From contig NC_052154.1 of the NCBI RefSeq assembly GCF_902713615.1, positions 178,793,873-178,857,872 of the forward strand: a stretch of DNA of 64,000 nucleotides, in the 5' to 3' direction. This stretch comes from Scyliorhinus canicula (lineage: Eukaryota). Every line of letters begins with the position of its first letter. Within the stretch, counting starts at the first letter, position 1. The notes beneath the pieces were generated by a model that made no database searches, was not told the DNA's origin, and was given only the letters and a program-made list of their open reading frames with translations. Of this stretch, positions 37,066 through 49,398 are shown one piece after another. Position numbers and translations under genes: made by a program.

Positions 37066-39502
37066 GTGGTGTGCTACCTTACAGTTAACAAGGCTCACAT
37101 CCGTTTCAAGCTGGACACCGGTGCTTCAGCGAACCTCATTTCAAAGTCCGACCTCGACACCATCCGCGACCGACCAAGCATTCTTCCACCGGCCTGCCAG
37201 CTCCTCGACTACAACGGCAATGCCATTGATGCCAGTGGCTCATGCCAGCTTGGAGTATCTAATAGGTCATTGAAAGCGACGCTGCGATTTGAGATCGTAG
37301 GACCTGCCAAAGCTTCCCTGCTCGGTGCTCGGGCCTGCAAACTCCTGAACCTGGTTCAACGAGTCCACACCATGTCATCCTCACAGGCGATGGCCTCACC
37401 TGATGAAAACTTCCAGGCTCAAATTAATGACATCATAGCGCAATACCATAGCGTGTTCGAAGGTATGGGCACACTCCCATACCGATAGAAAATCCTGCTG
37501 AAACCAAACGCCAACCGTGTGGTTTACGCACCACGTCGGGTGCCGTCACCCCTCAAGGACCGCCTCAAGCAGCAGTTGCAAGACCTCCAGGACCAGGGCA
37601 TCACAGAACGCCCTGGTCACGGAACCCACGGACTGGGTTAGCTCCATGGTTTGCGTCAAGTAGCCCGTCAGGGGAGCTTCAAATCTATATCGACCCCAAA
37701 GACTTAAACCGTAACATCATGAGGGAGCATTATCCGATACCAAAACGAGAGGAGCTAACCAGCGAGATGGCTCATGCCAAATCCTTTACGAAGCTGGATG
37801 CCTCCAAGGGGTTCTGGCAAATACAGCTGGACGTGTCCAGTTGCAAGCTGTGTACATTCAATACCCTGTTCGGTCGCTACTGCTACAACCGAATGCCCTT
37901 TGGCATCATCTCTGCCTCAGAGGTATTTCACCGCATAATGGAACAAATGATGGAGGGCATCGAGGGGGTGCGAGTGTACGTCGACGATGTCATAATCTGG
38001 TCCACAACTCCTCAAGAACACATTTATCGCCTCAAGCGGGTGTTCTACAGGATCTACGAGCATGGCCTCCGACTCAACAGAGCCAAATGGTCATTCGGTC
38101 AATCAGAAATCAAATTTCTCGGCGACCACATCTCGCAGCAAGGCGTGCAGCCGAATGCTGACAAGTTTTCGGCGATCAACACCATGAAGACCCCAGAGGA
38201 CAAGAAGGCGGTCCTCCACTTTCTAGGGATGGTCAACCTCCTTGGGAAGTTCATTCCCAACATGGAGTCCTCTACCACAGCCCTCCGCCATCTCGTCAGA
38301 AAATCGACAGATTTCCAGTGGCTACTCGCTCATGAGAAAGAATGGCGTGAGCTGAGGGCAAAACTCACCAAAGCCCCAGTGCTGGCGTTTTTCAACCCCG
38401 CCAAGGAGACGAAAATATCCATTGACGCGAGCCAGGACGGTATTAAGGCGGGGCTCCTCAAACGGGATGACTCCTCCTCCTGGGCGCCAGTTGCATATGC
38501 CTCGAGAGCCATGACGCCCACTGAGCAACGGTACGCTCAGATTAAGAAAATGAAATGAAAATTGCTTATTGTCACGAGTCGGCTTCAATGAAGTTACTGT
38601 GAAATGCCCCTAGTCGCCACATTCCGGCGAGGCTGGTACAGGAATTGATCAGTGCTGCTGGCCTGCCTTGGTCTGCTTTAAAAGCCAGCGATTTAGCCCA
38701 GTGTGCTAAACCAGGAATGCCTGGGCCTCCTAACGGGAATCAACAAGTTCCACAACTATGTGCATGGCCTCCCTAAATTCACGGTTTTGACGGACTGCAG
38801 GCCATTGGTTCACATCATCCAAAAAGACCTCAATGGCATGTCGCCACGGTTGCAATGCATCCTTCTCAAGCTACGCCGCTGCGATTTTGATCTGGTTTAC
38901 ACCCCGGGCAAAGAGCTCATTGTTGCAGATGCACTCTCCAGGTCTATCACCACACTGTGTGAGCAGACTGACATAGTATGCCAAATAGACGCGCAGGTGC
39001 AATTCTGTGCCTCCAACTTCCCGGCCTCTGATGAGAGGGTCATTCAAATTCGTTAGGAAACGGCCAGGATCCGCTGCACCAGCGGGTGATGCAGCACCTC
39101 ACAAATGGCTGGCAGAAGGGACAGTGTCCCCAGTTTTACAATGTCAAGGACGATCTGACGGTGGTAGACGGCATCCTCATGAAGCTTGACAGAATTGTGA
39201 TCCCCCAGAGCATGCGAGATATGGTGCTCGGCCAAATCCACGAGGGTCACCTGGGGGTCGAGAAATGTCGACGTCGAGCTCGGGAGGCAGTCAACTGGCC
39301 GGGCATCAGCCAGGACGTTGCCAACACGGTCCTCAATTGCCCTACATGTCAAAAATTTCAACCGGCTCAGCCTAAGGAGACTCTACAGCAACATGAAATG
39401 GTGACTTCCCCATGGTCCAAAGTCGGTGTTGACCTGTTCCATGCCAAGGGGTGTGACTATGTCCTCCTGGTCGACTACTTTTCCAATTACCCCAAAGTGG
39501 TC
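37066..39502 (+). pseudogene. pol: Gypsy pol (protease, RT, RNase H, N-terminal integrase), disrupted
   Basis: Protease FKLDTGASAN. RT LDASKGFWQI, MPFG, YVDD. RNase H IDASQDG...YASR, split by a SINE. Integrase HEGHLG...CPTC, GVDLF, LVDYFS. Confidence 0.92.
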
Positions 39503-39540
39503 AGACCTTTAAGAAATGGGTGTTTATGGGTGTTTGCACT

Positions 39541-39704
39541 GGAGTGCTGAACTTGGTGCATTTGAGTGCTATAGTCAGAGTTTGGTGACTGAGGGAGTGC
39601 TGAACTTGGTGCATTTGAGTGCTATAGTCAGAGTTTGGTGACTGAGGGAGTGCTGAACTTGGTGCATTTGAGTGCTATAGTCAGAGTTTGGTGACTGAGG
39701 GAGT
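39541..39704 (+). repeat. Three perfect 53-bp tandem monomers in the CR1 5'UTR
   Basis: GGAGTGCTGAACTTGGTGCATTTGAGTGCTATAGTCAGAGTTTGGTGACTGAG starts at 39541, 39594 and 39647. Confidence 0.95.
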
Positions 39705-39862
39705 TAGGTGAGGAGGGAGCAAGGTGCTCCTTTCATTTCATTTCCGCAAAGAGCGAGATGGGAGCCAGGAGTTTACAGAGATTGCAGCTGACTGGGAGCA
39801 GAATCGGAGGGCGGAGGTCCAGTTGGTCCACAGGTCAGCTATATTCTGTAAAGTAAGAGGGG

Positions 39863-40789
39863 ATGGAGGCTAGGGCAGTTGCATGCTCCTCCTGTAGGAT
39901 GTGGGTGGTGAGGGATACCACCGGTGTCCCCGCTGTCTATACCTGCGGGAAGTGCACCCAGCTCCAGCTCCTCAGAGACCATGTTAGGGAACTGGTGCTG
40001 GAGCTGACACCTGATCAGAGGGAGGCAGAGGGGGTTATCGAGGAGAGTTACAGGGAGGTAGTCACACCCAAGGTACTGGACAAGAGTAGCTGGGCTACAG
40101 TCAGGGGAAAGAAAACAAACAGGCAGACAGTGCAGGGATCCCTCATGGCCGTTCCCCTTCAAAACAAGTATACCGTTTTGGATGCTGTTGGGGGGATGAC
40201 CTACCGGGGGAAGGCCCTAGTGGCTAGGTCTCTGGCACTGAGTCTGGCTGGGGCTCAGAAGGGAAGGGGGGAGAATAGAAAAGCAATAGTAATAGGAGAT
40301 TCAATGTTTAGGGGAATAGATAGGAGATTTTGTGGTCGCGAGCGAGACTCTCGGAAGGTATGTTGACTCCCGGGTGCCAGGGCCAGGGATGTCTTGAATC
40401 GTGTCTTCAGGATCCTGAAGGGGGAGGGTGAGCAGTCAGAAGTCGTGGTGCACATTGGTACCAACGACATAGGTAGGAAAAGGGGTGTGGAGGTAATAAA
40501 CAAGTTTAGGGAGTTAGGCTGGAAGTTAAAGGCCAGGACAGACAGAGTTGTCATCTCTGGTTTGTTGCCGGTGCCATGTGATAGCGAGGCTAGGAATAGG
40601 GAGAGAGTGCAGTTGAACACGTGGTCGCAGGAATGGTGTAGGAGGGAGGGCTTCAGGTATTTGGATAATTGGAGTGCATCCTGGGGAAGGTGGGACCTGT
40701 ACAAGCAGGACGGGTTGCATCTGAACTAGATGGGCACCAATATCCTGGGAGGGAGGTTTTCTAGTAGTCTTCGGGAGGGTTTAAACTAA
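39863..40789 (+). pseudogene. CR1 ORF1 (Cys-rich N-terminus, coiled coil, SGNH esterase)
   Basis: CSSC...CGKC, VIGDSM, HIGTND, DGLHLN. In-frame stops at 40364 and 40727. Confidence 0.9.
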
Positions 40790-43700
40790 TTTGGCAGGGG
40801 AATGGGAACCGGATTTGTAGTCCAGCAACTAAGGAAGCTGATATTCAGGACGCCAAAGTGTGTAGTGACGCAGTGGGGAAGGTAACACTGACAAAGGAGA
40901 GTACTTGCAGGCAAGGAGATGGGTTGAAGTGTGTATACTTCAACGCAAGAAGCATCAGGAATAAGATGGGTGAACTTAAGTCATGGATCTGTACTTGGGA
41001 CTACGATGTGGTGGCCATCACGGAAACTTGGATAGAAGAGGGGCAGAAATGGTTGTTGGAGGTCCCTGGTTTTAGATGTTTCAACAAGATTAGGGAGGAT
41101 GGTAAGAGAGGTGGGGAGGGTCGCATTGTTAATTAGAGATAGTATAACAGCTGCAGAAAGACAGTTCGAGGAGGATCTGCCTACTGAGGTAGTATGGGTT
41201 GAAGTCAGAAATAGGAAAGGAGCAGTCACCTTGTTGGGAGTTTTCTATAGGCCCCCCCCAATAGCAGCAGAGATGTGGAGGAACTGATTGGGAAACAGAT
41301 TTTGGAAAGGTGCAGAAGTCACAGGGTAGTAGTCATGGGTGACTTCAACTTCCCAAACATTGAGTGGAAACTCTTTAGATCAAATAGATTGGATGGGGTG
41401 GTGTTTGTGCAGTGGGTCCAGGAAGCTTTTCTAACACAGTATGTAGCTTGTCTGACCAGAGGGGAGGCCATATTGGATTTGGTACTTGGTAATGAACCAG
41501 GGCAGGTGATAGATTTGTTAGTGGGGGAGCATTTTGGAGGTAGTGACCACAATTCCGTGACTTTCACTTTAGTAATGGAGAGGGATAGGTGCGTGCAACA
41601 GGGTAAGGTTTGCAATTGGGGGAAGGGTAAATACAATGCTGTCAAACAGGAATTGAATTGCATAAATTGGGAACATAGGCTGTCAGGGAAGGACACATAT
41701 GAAATGTGGAACTTGTTCAAGGAACAGGTACTGCGTGTTTTTGATATGTATGTCCCTGACAGGCAGGGAAGAGATGGTCGAGTGAGGGAACCATGGTTGA
41801 CAAGAGAGGTTGAATGTCTTGTTAAGAGGAAGAAGGAGACTTTTTTAATTTTTTTATTTTAGCGTACCAAATTCATTTTTTCCAATTAAGGGGCAATTTA
41901 GTGTGGCCAATCCACCTACCCTGCACATCTTTGGGTTGTGGGGGTGAAACCCACGCAAACACGGGGAGAATGTGCAAACTCCACATGGACAGTGACCCAG
42001 AGCCGGGATTGAACCTGGGACCTCGGCGCCGTGAGGCAGCAGGGCTAACCCACTGCACCACCGTGCTGCCCCGAAGGAGACTTTTGTAAGGCTGAGGAAA
42101 CAAGGTTCAGACAGGGCTCTGGAGGGATACAAGATAGCCAGGAGGGAATTGAAGAAAGGGATTAGGAGAGCTAAGAGAGGGCATGAAAAATCTTTGTCAG
42201 GTAGGATCAAGGAAAGACCCAAGGCCTTTTACACATATGTGAGAAATATGAGAATGACTAGAGCGAGGGTAGGTCCGATCAAGGACAGTAGCGGAAATTG
42301 TGTATTGAGTCTGAAGAGATAGGAGAGGTCTTGAACGAGTACTTTTCTTCAGTATTTACAAACGAGAGGGGCCATACTGTTGGAGAGGACAGTGTGACAC
42401 AGACTGGTAAGCTCGAGGAGATACTTCTTAGGAAGGAAGATGTGTTGGGCATTTTGAAAAACTTGAGGATAGACAAGTCCCCCGGGCCTGACGGGATATA
42501 TCCAAGGATTCTATGGGAAGCAAGAAATGAAATTGCAGAGCCTTTGGCCATGATCTTTTTGTCCTCACTGTCAACAGGGGTGGTACCAGGGGATTGGAGA
42601 GTGGCGAATGCGTGCCCTGTTCAAAAAAGGGAATAGGGATAACCCTGGGAATTACAGGCCAGTTAGTCTTACTTCGGTGGTAAGCAAAGTAATGGAAAGG
42701 GTACTGAGGGATAGGATTTCTGAGCATCTGGAAAGACACTGCTTGATTAGGGATAGTCAGCACGGATTTGTGAGGGGTAGGTCTTGCCTTACAAGTCTTA
42801 TTGACTTCTTTGAGGAGGTGACCAAGCATGTGGATGAAGGTAAAGCAGTGGATGTAGTTTACATGGATTTTAGTAAGGCATTTGATAAGGTTCCCCATGG
42901 TAGGCTTATGCAGAAAGTAAGGAGGCATGGGATAGTGGGAAATTTGGCAAGTTGGATAACGAACTGGTTAACCAATAGAAGTCAGAGAGTGGTGGTGGAT
43001 GGCAAATATTCAGCCTGGATTCCAGTTACCAGTGGTGTACCGCAGGGATCAGTTCTGGGTCCTCTGCTGTTTGTGATTTTCATTAATGACATGGATGAGG
43101 GAGTTGAAGGTTAGGTCAGTAAATTTGCAGATGATACGGAGATTAGTGGAGTTGTAGATAGTGAGAAGGGCTGTTGTCGGCTGCAAAGAGACATAGGTAG
43201 GATGCAGAGCTGGGCTGAGAAGTGGCAGATGGAATTTAACCCTGACAAGTGTGAGGTTGTCCATTTTGGAAGGACAAATATGAATGTGGAATACAGGGTT
43301 AACGGTAGGGTTCTTGGCAATGTAGAGGAGCAGAGAGATCTTGGGGTCTATGTTCATAGATCTTTGAAAGATGCCACTCAAGTGGCTAGAGCTGTGAAGA
43401 AGGCCTATGGCGTGCTAGCGTTCATTAACAGAGGGATTGAGTTTAAGAGCCGTGAGGTGATGATGCAGCTGTACAAAACCTTGGTAAGGCCACATTTGGA
43501 GTACTGTGTGCAGTTCTGGTCGCCTCATTTTAGGAAGGATGTGGAAGCTTTGGAAAAGGTGCAAAGGAGATTTACCAGGATGTTGCCTGGAATGGAGAGT
43601 AGGTCTTACGAGGAAAGGTTGAGGGTGCTAGGCCTTTTCTCATTAGAACGTAGAAGGATGAGGGGCGACTTGATAGAGGTTTATAAGATGATCAGGGGAA

Positions 43701-43954
43701 TAGATAGAGTAGACAGTCAGAGACTTTTTCCCCGGGTGGAACAAACCATTACAAGGGGACATAAATTTAAGGTGAATGGTGGAAGATATAGGGGGGATGT
43801 CAGAAGTAAGTTCTTTACCCAGAGAGTAGTGGGGGCATGGAATGCACTGCCTGTGGAAGTAGTTGAGTCGGAAACATTAGGGACCTTCAAGCGGCTATTG
43901 GATAGGTACATGGATTATGGTAGAATAATGAAGTGTAGATTAATTTGTTCTTAA
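40790..43954 (+). pseudogene. CR1 ORF2 (APE endonuclease plus reverse transcriptase)
   Basis: [49 protein letters not shown]. Frameshifts, a TAG at 43112 and a SINE at 41845-42072. Confidence 0.94.
41845..42072 (-). mobile_element. Short V-SINE with an A-rich tail and a long TSD
   Basis: 13-bp TSD GAAGGAGACTTTT (41832-41844 and 42073-42085). Confidence 0.9.
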
Positions 43955-44155
43955 GGGCAGCATGGTAGCATTGTGGATAGCACAATTGCTTCACAGCTCC
44001 AGGGTCCCAGGTTCGATTCCGGCTTGGGTCACTGTCTGTGTGGAGTCTGCACATCCTCCCCGTGTGTGCGTGGGTTTCCTCCGGGTGCTCCAGTTTCCTC
44101 CCACAGTCCAAGATGTGCAGGTTGAGTGGATTGGCCATGTTGAATTGCCCTTAGA
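43955..44155 (+). mobile_element. V-SINE in the CR1 3'UTR
   Basis: Head and V core as in 17061. Confidence 0.88.
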
Positions 44156-44261
44156 TTATCATAGAATTTTGGACACTATGATTAAACTAGAACAAAAGTT
44201 CGGCACAACATCGTGGGCCAAAGGGCCTGTTCTGTGCTGTATTTCTCTATGTTCTATATTC

Positions 44262-44783
44262 ATTAAATAGCTGCAGTGATGTCAGATGGTTGGAGCTGGG
44301 TGGTCTGTCTTTCACTTTCGTTTTTGAGCAGCCTGCAGTGTGTTTTTGCTTTAGTTTTCAGAGGTGGATAGCTGCATGCAAAACAAGCAGCTGTATAATG
44401 ATCTCTCTCTCTACAAGCTAAAGAATGTCTCCAGATCATTGATAATTCCAAAGTAATATATGTTTCTGTAGAGCATTTAAACCTGCTGTCTTTATTTTGA
44501 AAAGGATTTAACTTATGGATGCTGTTTAGAAATTTATTAAGGATCACCTATAGAATATTGTATTTGGGAATGTATCAGTGCTTGTAGTTGATAAGATGTT
44601 TACTGTGTGTTTATAAAATGTTAACTGGATTCGTGGAATAAACATTGTTTCGTTTTAAACATACCCACTGTTGCACTACACCTGTAAAGTGTGCTCTTGT
44701 GCTCCCCATAACCAAGATCTATTTAAAGTTGTGGGTCAGGTGAACTTCATGATATACTTTGGGGTTCTCTGAACACTGGCCCA
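44262..44783 (+). mobile_element. LTR of the same family as 61108-61744, split by the CR1 (5' remnant at ~39505-39527)
   Basis: Aligns by eye to 61207-61739 (GCAGTGATGTCAGA...GTTGTGGGTCAGGTGAACT...TGGCCCA). CCTTTAAGAAATGGGTGTTTAT lies just upstream of the CR1. Confidence 0.8.
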
Positions 44784-45671
44784 AAATATGCCCCACAATG
44801 GGAAACCCCATTGATCGTCCAGCGTAATGGAGCATCCCGCCGGCGGGGTGAAGCAGAAATATGGCGTGGTGGGGCCATGGGGGAATCCAGCCCCAGGTGT
44901 TTCTGTATGCCTCAGCGACGGCAACCCCCATTACCTTTCAGATGCAAGGAAGCACTTGAAAAGGTTTGCCTTGTAAGAGTCAACCCCCAACTGTTCGAAA
45001 AATGGGTGTCTCAGAACTGGGACTGTTAGATAAGTATATATGGTTCAGATTTTGGCAAAATAATCTTTTTGGTGATGTGTCCGAGCTGGTAATTAATTTT
45101 GAGTGGGAAGTTACTGGTTAAGCCACGTTTGTAGCAAAGGGCAGCATAAGGACATGGTCTTGACTTTGGAAAAGACATCTTCCAAAAGCTTGACCAACTC
45201 GCCAGGAGCCTGCAAACACACTGAGAATAGGGTGGAGTTTTGGATTACAGCTCAGGTGTAAAACCCATTTTGCCTCTCAGCTGCCCATTATAACAAGCGC
45301 ACCATTTTCAATTCCATCGAAATCAGGCACAACACAAGCATTAGACCCAAATGGCAAGTCAATAATCGGCCCAATATCATATGTATTCAAGCAAAGTTGT
45401 CAATAGAACAAAATTGGAGGATAGCAACACAGAGAAATTACAACTTCTTCAGTGAATGCTAACGCACATGAAACACTCACAGTGTGTGAACGACAGTCAG
45501 GGGATTAAAATCAATGCGATGCACAACAACAGCCCAGGAAAGACATTTGTAATTGATCCTGTGCAACTATTATTCCACTGAATATTTTAGCATACTTTAC
45601 AGCAAATAGGCAGCCGATTAAATCATTTGGTTGCACCCCACTCTTTCATTCAATGTCCTCTGTAACTGCAC

Positions 45672-45949
45672 CGTCTGCACCGACCCACTTAAGCCCTCAC
45701 TTCCACCCTATCCCTGTAACCCGATAACACCTCCTAACCTTTTTGGTCACTAAGGGCAATTTATCATGGCCAATCCACCTAACCTGCACATCGTTGGACT
45801 GTATGAGGAAAGCGGAGCACACAGAGGAAACCCACGCAGACATGGGGAGAACGTGCAGACTCCGCACAGACAGTGACCCACCGGGAATCCAACTTGGGAC
45901 CCTAGCGTTGTGAAGCCACAGTGCTATCCGCTTGTGCTACCGTGCTGCC
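45672..45949 (-). mobile_element. V-SINE (others at ~2990-3250 and ~48815-49092, both -)
   Basis: Reverse complement of the HE1 head and core. Confidence 0.85.
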
Positions 45950-46133
45950 AACCCTGGTTGAAGCTCACAATGTAATACACATGAGCAAGAAGAGTTTTTC
46001 CATCAGTTCGAGTCAATTATAAAAGAAAATGGTCTGTGCCTTCAAATTTCACTGACACCGAATTTTACACAAAGGTGGTGGAAAAGGCAATGATTTTCTG
46101 AAGAAACAATATTCGCCATATGTCTGTGAAATG

Positions 46134-48434
46134 TTTATACTGTGGAGTGAGAATGAAAGATGAGTCATCGCCACAGAAACCCAGGGAAACCGGGTGCTAA
46201 TGGCCACAGAAACCAAGGGGAAAGAGTGCTAATGGCAGTCCCCAGAGAGAACAAAAGATGTGAAAGGTCAAACAGCAGGGAGACTAACATCAGAGGATGA
46301 ACTGTAGATGTGGAGGGAGAAGAAGGGGGAAGCAAAGGGGAGAAAGGTGAAGGAAAGGTGGATAAGATTGGGGGGGATTAAATATCTATTAAGAAAGGAG
46401 GAAATGGTAAAAGACAGTTAAAATGAAATGGGATGAAAACAAACGGGTCGAGATGGGGGAGAGCTGATCATCAGAAGTTGTTGAATTTGATGTTCTGGCC
46501 GGAAGGCTGTAGCGTGCCTAACCGGAAGATGAGATGTTGTTCCTCCAGTTTGCGTTGAGCTTCACTGGAACATTGCAGCAGGCCAAGAACAGACATGTGG
46601 GCATAGGAGCAGGGTCTTTTGTTAAAATGGCAAGAAACAGGAAGGTTAAGGTCCTGAATGCGCACAGATCGAAGCTTCTCAGCAAAGCGATCACCCAGTC
46701 TGCGTTTGGTCTCTCCGATATAGAGACCACATTGGGAGCAGCGAATGCAGTGGACCAAATTGGAAGAGATGCAAGTGAAACGCTGCTTAGCAGGCAGCAC
46801 GGTAGCATGGTGGTTAGCATAAATGCTTCACAGCTCCAGGGTCCCAGGTTCGATTCCCGGCTGGGTCACTGTCTGTGCGGAGTATGCACGTCCTCCCCGT
46901 GTGTGCGTGGGTTTCCTCCGGGTGCTCCGGTTTCCTCCCACAGTCCAAAGATGTGCGGGTTAGGTGGATTGGCCATGCTAAATTGCCCGTAGTGTCCTAA
47001 AAAGTAAGGTTAAAGGGGGGGTTGTTGGGTTACGGGTACAGGGTGGATACGTGGGTTTGAGTAGGGTGATCATTGCTCGGCACAACATCGAGGGCCAAAG
47101 GGCCTGTTCTGTTCTGTACTGTTCTATGTTCTATGTTCTATTAACCTGGAATGAGTGTTTTGGTCCTGGGATGTTAAGCATGGAAGAGGTAAAGGGGCAG
47201 GTGTTACACCTTCTGCGATTGCATGGGAAGGTGCCATGGGTGATGGGAGAGGTACTGGGTATGGCGGAGGAGTGGACTAGATTGTCTTGGAGGGAACGGT
47301 CTCTGCAGAATGCTGACAGAGGGAGTGAAGGGTAGATGTGTTTGGTCATGGCATCACGCTGGAGTTGACAAAAATGGCGGAGGATTATGCTTTGCATATG
47401 GAGGCTGGTGGGATGAAATGTGAGAACGAGGGAGACTCTATCCTTGTTCTGGGAGGGAATGGAGGGGGCGAGGGTAGTGGCGTGGGAGATGGACCGCACA
47501 CTGTTGAGGGCCCTGTCAACAACTGTAGGTGGGAAATAACAGTTGAGGAAGAAGGAACACATTTTCGAAACACCATTTTAGAAAGTGGCATCACCAGAAC
47601 AAATGTGACGGAGGCAAAGGAGCTGAGAGAAAGGGATGGAGTCCTTACAGGGTGTAGGGTGTGAAGAGCTGTAGTCCAGATAGCTGTGGGAGTCGGTGGG
47701 CTTGTAGTGGATATTAATGGATAGTCTATTGCCGGAAATGGAGACAGAAAGATCAAGGAAGGGTAGGGAAGTGTCTGAGATGGACCAGGTGAAAGTGATG
47801 GAGGGGTGGAAACTGGAAGCGAAGTCGATTAATTTTTCCAGGTCCGGGTGAGAGCATGACATGACACCAAAATAGTCATCTTCCGGTTAGGCACACTACA
47901 GCCTTCCGGCCTGAACATCGAATTCAACAACTTCAGATGATCAGCTCTCCCCCACCTCGACCCATTTGTTTTCATCCCATTTCATTTTAACTGTCTTTTA
48001 TCATTTCTTCCTTTCTTAATATATATTTAATTCCCTCTTTCCCCAATCTTATCCAGCTTTCCTTCACCTTTCTCCCCTTTGCTTCCTCTTCTCCTCCCCC
48101 CACATCTACTGTTTACGCTCTGATGTTAGTTTCTCTGTTCTTTGACCTTTCACATCTTTTGTTCTCTCTGGGGACTGCCATTCTCACTCTTTCCCCTTGG
48201 TTTCTGTGGCCATTCGCACCCGGTTTCCCTGGGTTTCTGTGGCTATGACACATCTTTCATTCTCACTCCACAGTATAAATATTTCCCACTTTCTCTGTCT
48301 GTTAGCTTTGACAAAGAATCATCGGACTCGAAACATTAACTCTTTTCTCTCCCTACAGATGCTGCCAGACCTGCTGAGATTTTCCAGCATTTTCTCTTTT
48401 GTTTCAGATTCCAGCATCTGCAGTAATTTGCTTT
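46134..48434 (-). mobile_element. Penelope-like element: RT C-terminus, GIY-YIG endonuclease, inverted pseudo-LTR
   Basis: RT: FHPSITFT...LPFLDL...YKPTDSHSYL. GIY-YIG: CIRCSQCGLYIGET. The region from ~47878 is an inverted copy of 46134-46530 that extends to 48434. 13-bp TSD TGTCTGTGAAATG (46121-46133 and 48435-48447). Confidence 0.92.
46793..47140 (+). mobile_element. HE1-type V-SINE with CR1-derived tail, inserted in the Penelope element
   Basis: tRNA-like A/B boxes (GGTTCGATTCC), V core GGGTTTCCTCCGGGTGCTCCGG, tail shared with CR1 44200-44260. Confidence 0.92.
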
Positions 48435-49398
48435 TGTCTGTGAAATGGGTGTTTTGCAAATTGAGATTTCAGGTTTGAAATTTCATACGAATTATACATC
48501 ATGTTTTATTAAATGGCAGCCATAAGGTGCTGTATTATTATGCAGATGTGTATTTAATGCAGTTATTCATCAAAGGGATCTGACCTGCAAAAGTTAAGTT
48601 CAGCTTCATATTGGTCAGCATTTTGTTCACATACATTGCAATGTGTTTTCAGTGGAGAAAGCACCATAATGCAATGAAGAATGTTAGCCCAGACTGTCTT
48701 CTTTTCCACTGTGATTTAAATAGCTCTGGTTGCTAAATAAAAATGGTTCTGACACTTGAAAAATATCTAATCAACTCTTCTTTTACATTACAGTTTCAGA
48801 TATGAAAAAAATCTACAATTAGAATTCCTACAGTGCAGAAAGAAACCATTCAGCCCATCGCGTCCCACCGACCCTCTGAAAGAGCACCCTACTGAGGCCC
48901 ATACCCCCACGTAACCCACAACCCCACTTAACCTGCACATCTTTGGACTGTGGGAGGAAACTGGAGCACCCGGAGGAAACCCACGCAGACATGGAGAAAA
49001 TGCAAACTCCACACAGTCACCCAAGGCCAGAATTGAACCCAGTTCCCTGGTTCTGTGAGGCAGCTGTGTTAACCACTGTGCTACCATGCTGCAATCAATT
49101 GAAAAAAAAACTTATATTGTTTGACAGGCACTCTGCTTTGATATTGAAATTAGTATCTTCTGTTATTTCCTTCCCAAAGAACAGACTACTGTTTGGGCAG
49201 CTGTGGCCATTAACAATGCTTCACTGAGTAACATGTGCTCATGGGTTTCATCACAGTCCGCCTTCCATTCCTCTGAGAATGAATGATAGTTTCTAAAAGT
49301 TGAAATATTAGCTTTTATCTCTGGTGTGGTTTCTGATTTATTGATACAGGCTAATAAAAGTATTGCAAGGTTTTTTCACATGATAGAATTCTTTTTTC

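Larger units (their letters stand above)
35482..39502 (+). mobile_element. Decayed Ty3/Gypsy LTR retrotransposon, 3'-truncated inside integrase
   Basis: 5' LTR, PBS, then gag (CCHC), protease, RT, RNase H and integrase in Gypsy order. Several stops and frameshifts. No 3' LTR of the same family. Confidence 0.93.
39530..44261 (+). mobile_element. Near full-length CR1 LINE (HER1-like), inactive
   Basis: 5'UTR, ORF1, ORF2 and the 3' tail GGGCCTGTTCTGTGCTGT...TCTATGTTCTAT. Two SINEs are inserted in it. Confidence 0.95.

Noticed and set aside
39541-39704. Regular repeat array as a possible CRISPR
   Set aside because: Head-to-tail identical units with no spacers, inside a LINE 5'UTR in eukaryotic DNA.
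46793-46870. tRNA-like sequences at SINE heads
   Set aside because: They run directly into SINE cores and do not form complete cloverleafs, so they are not tRNA genes.
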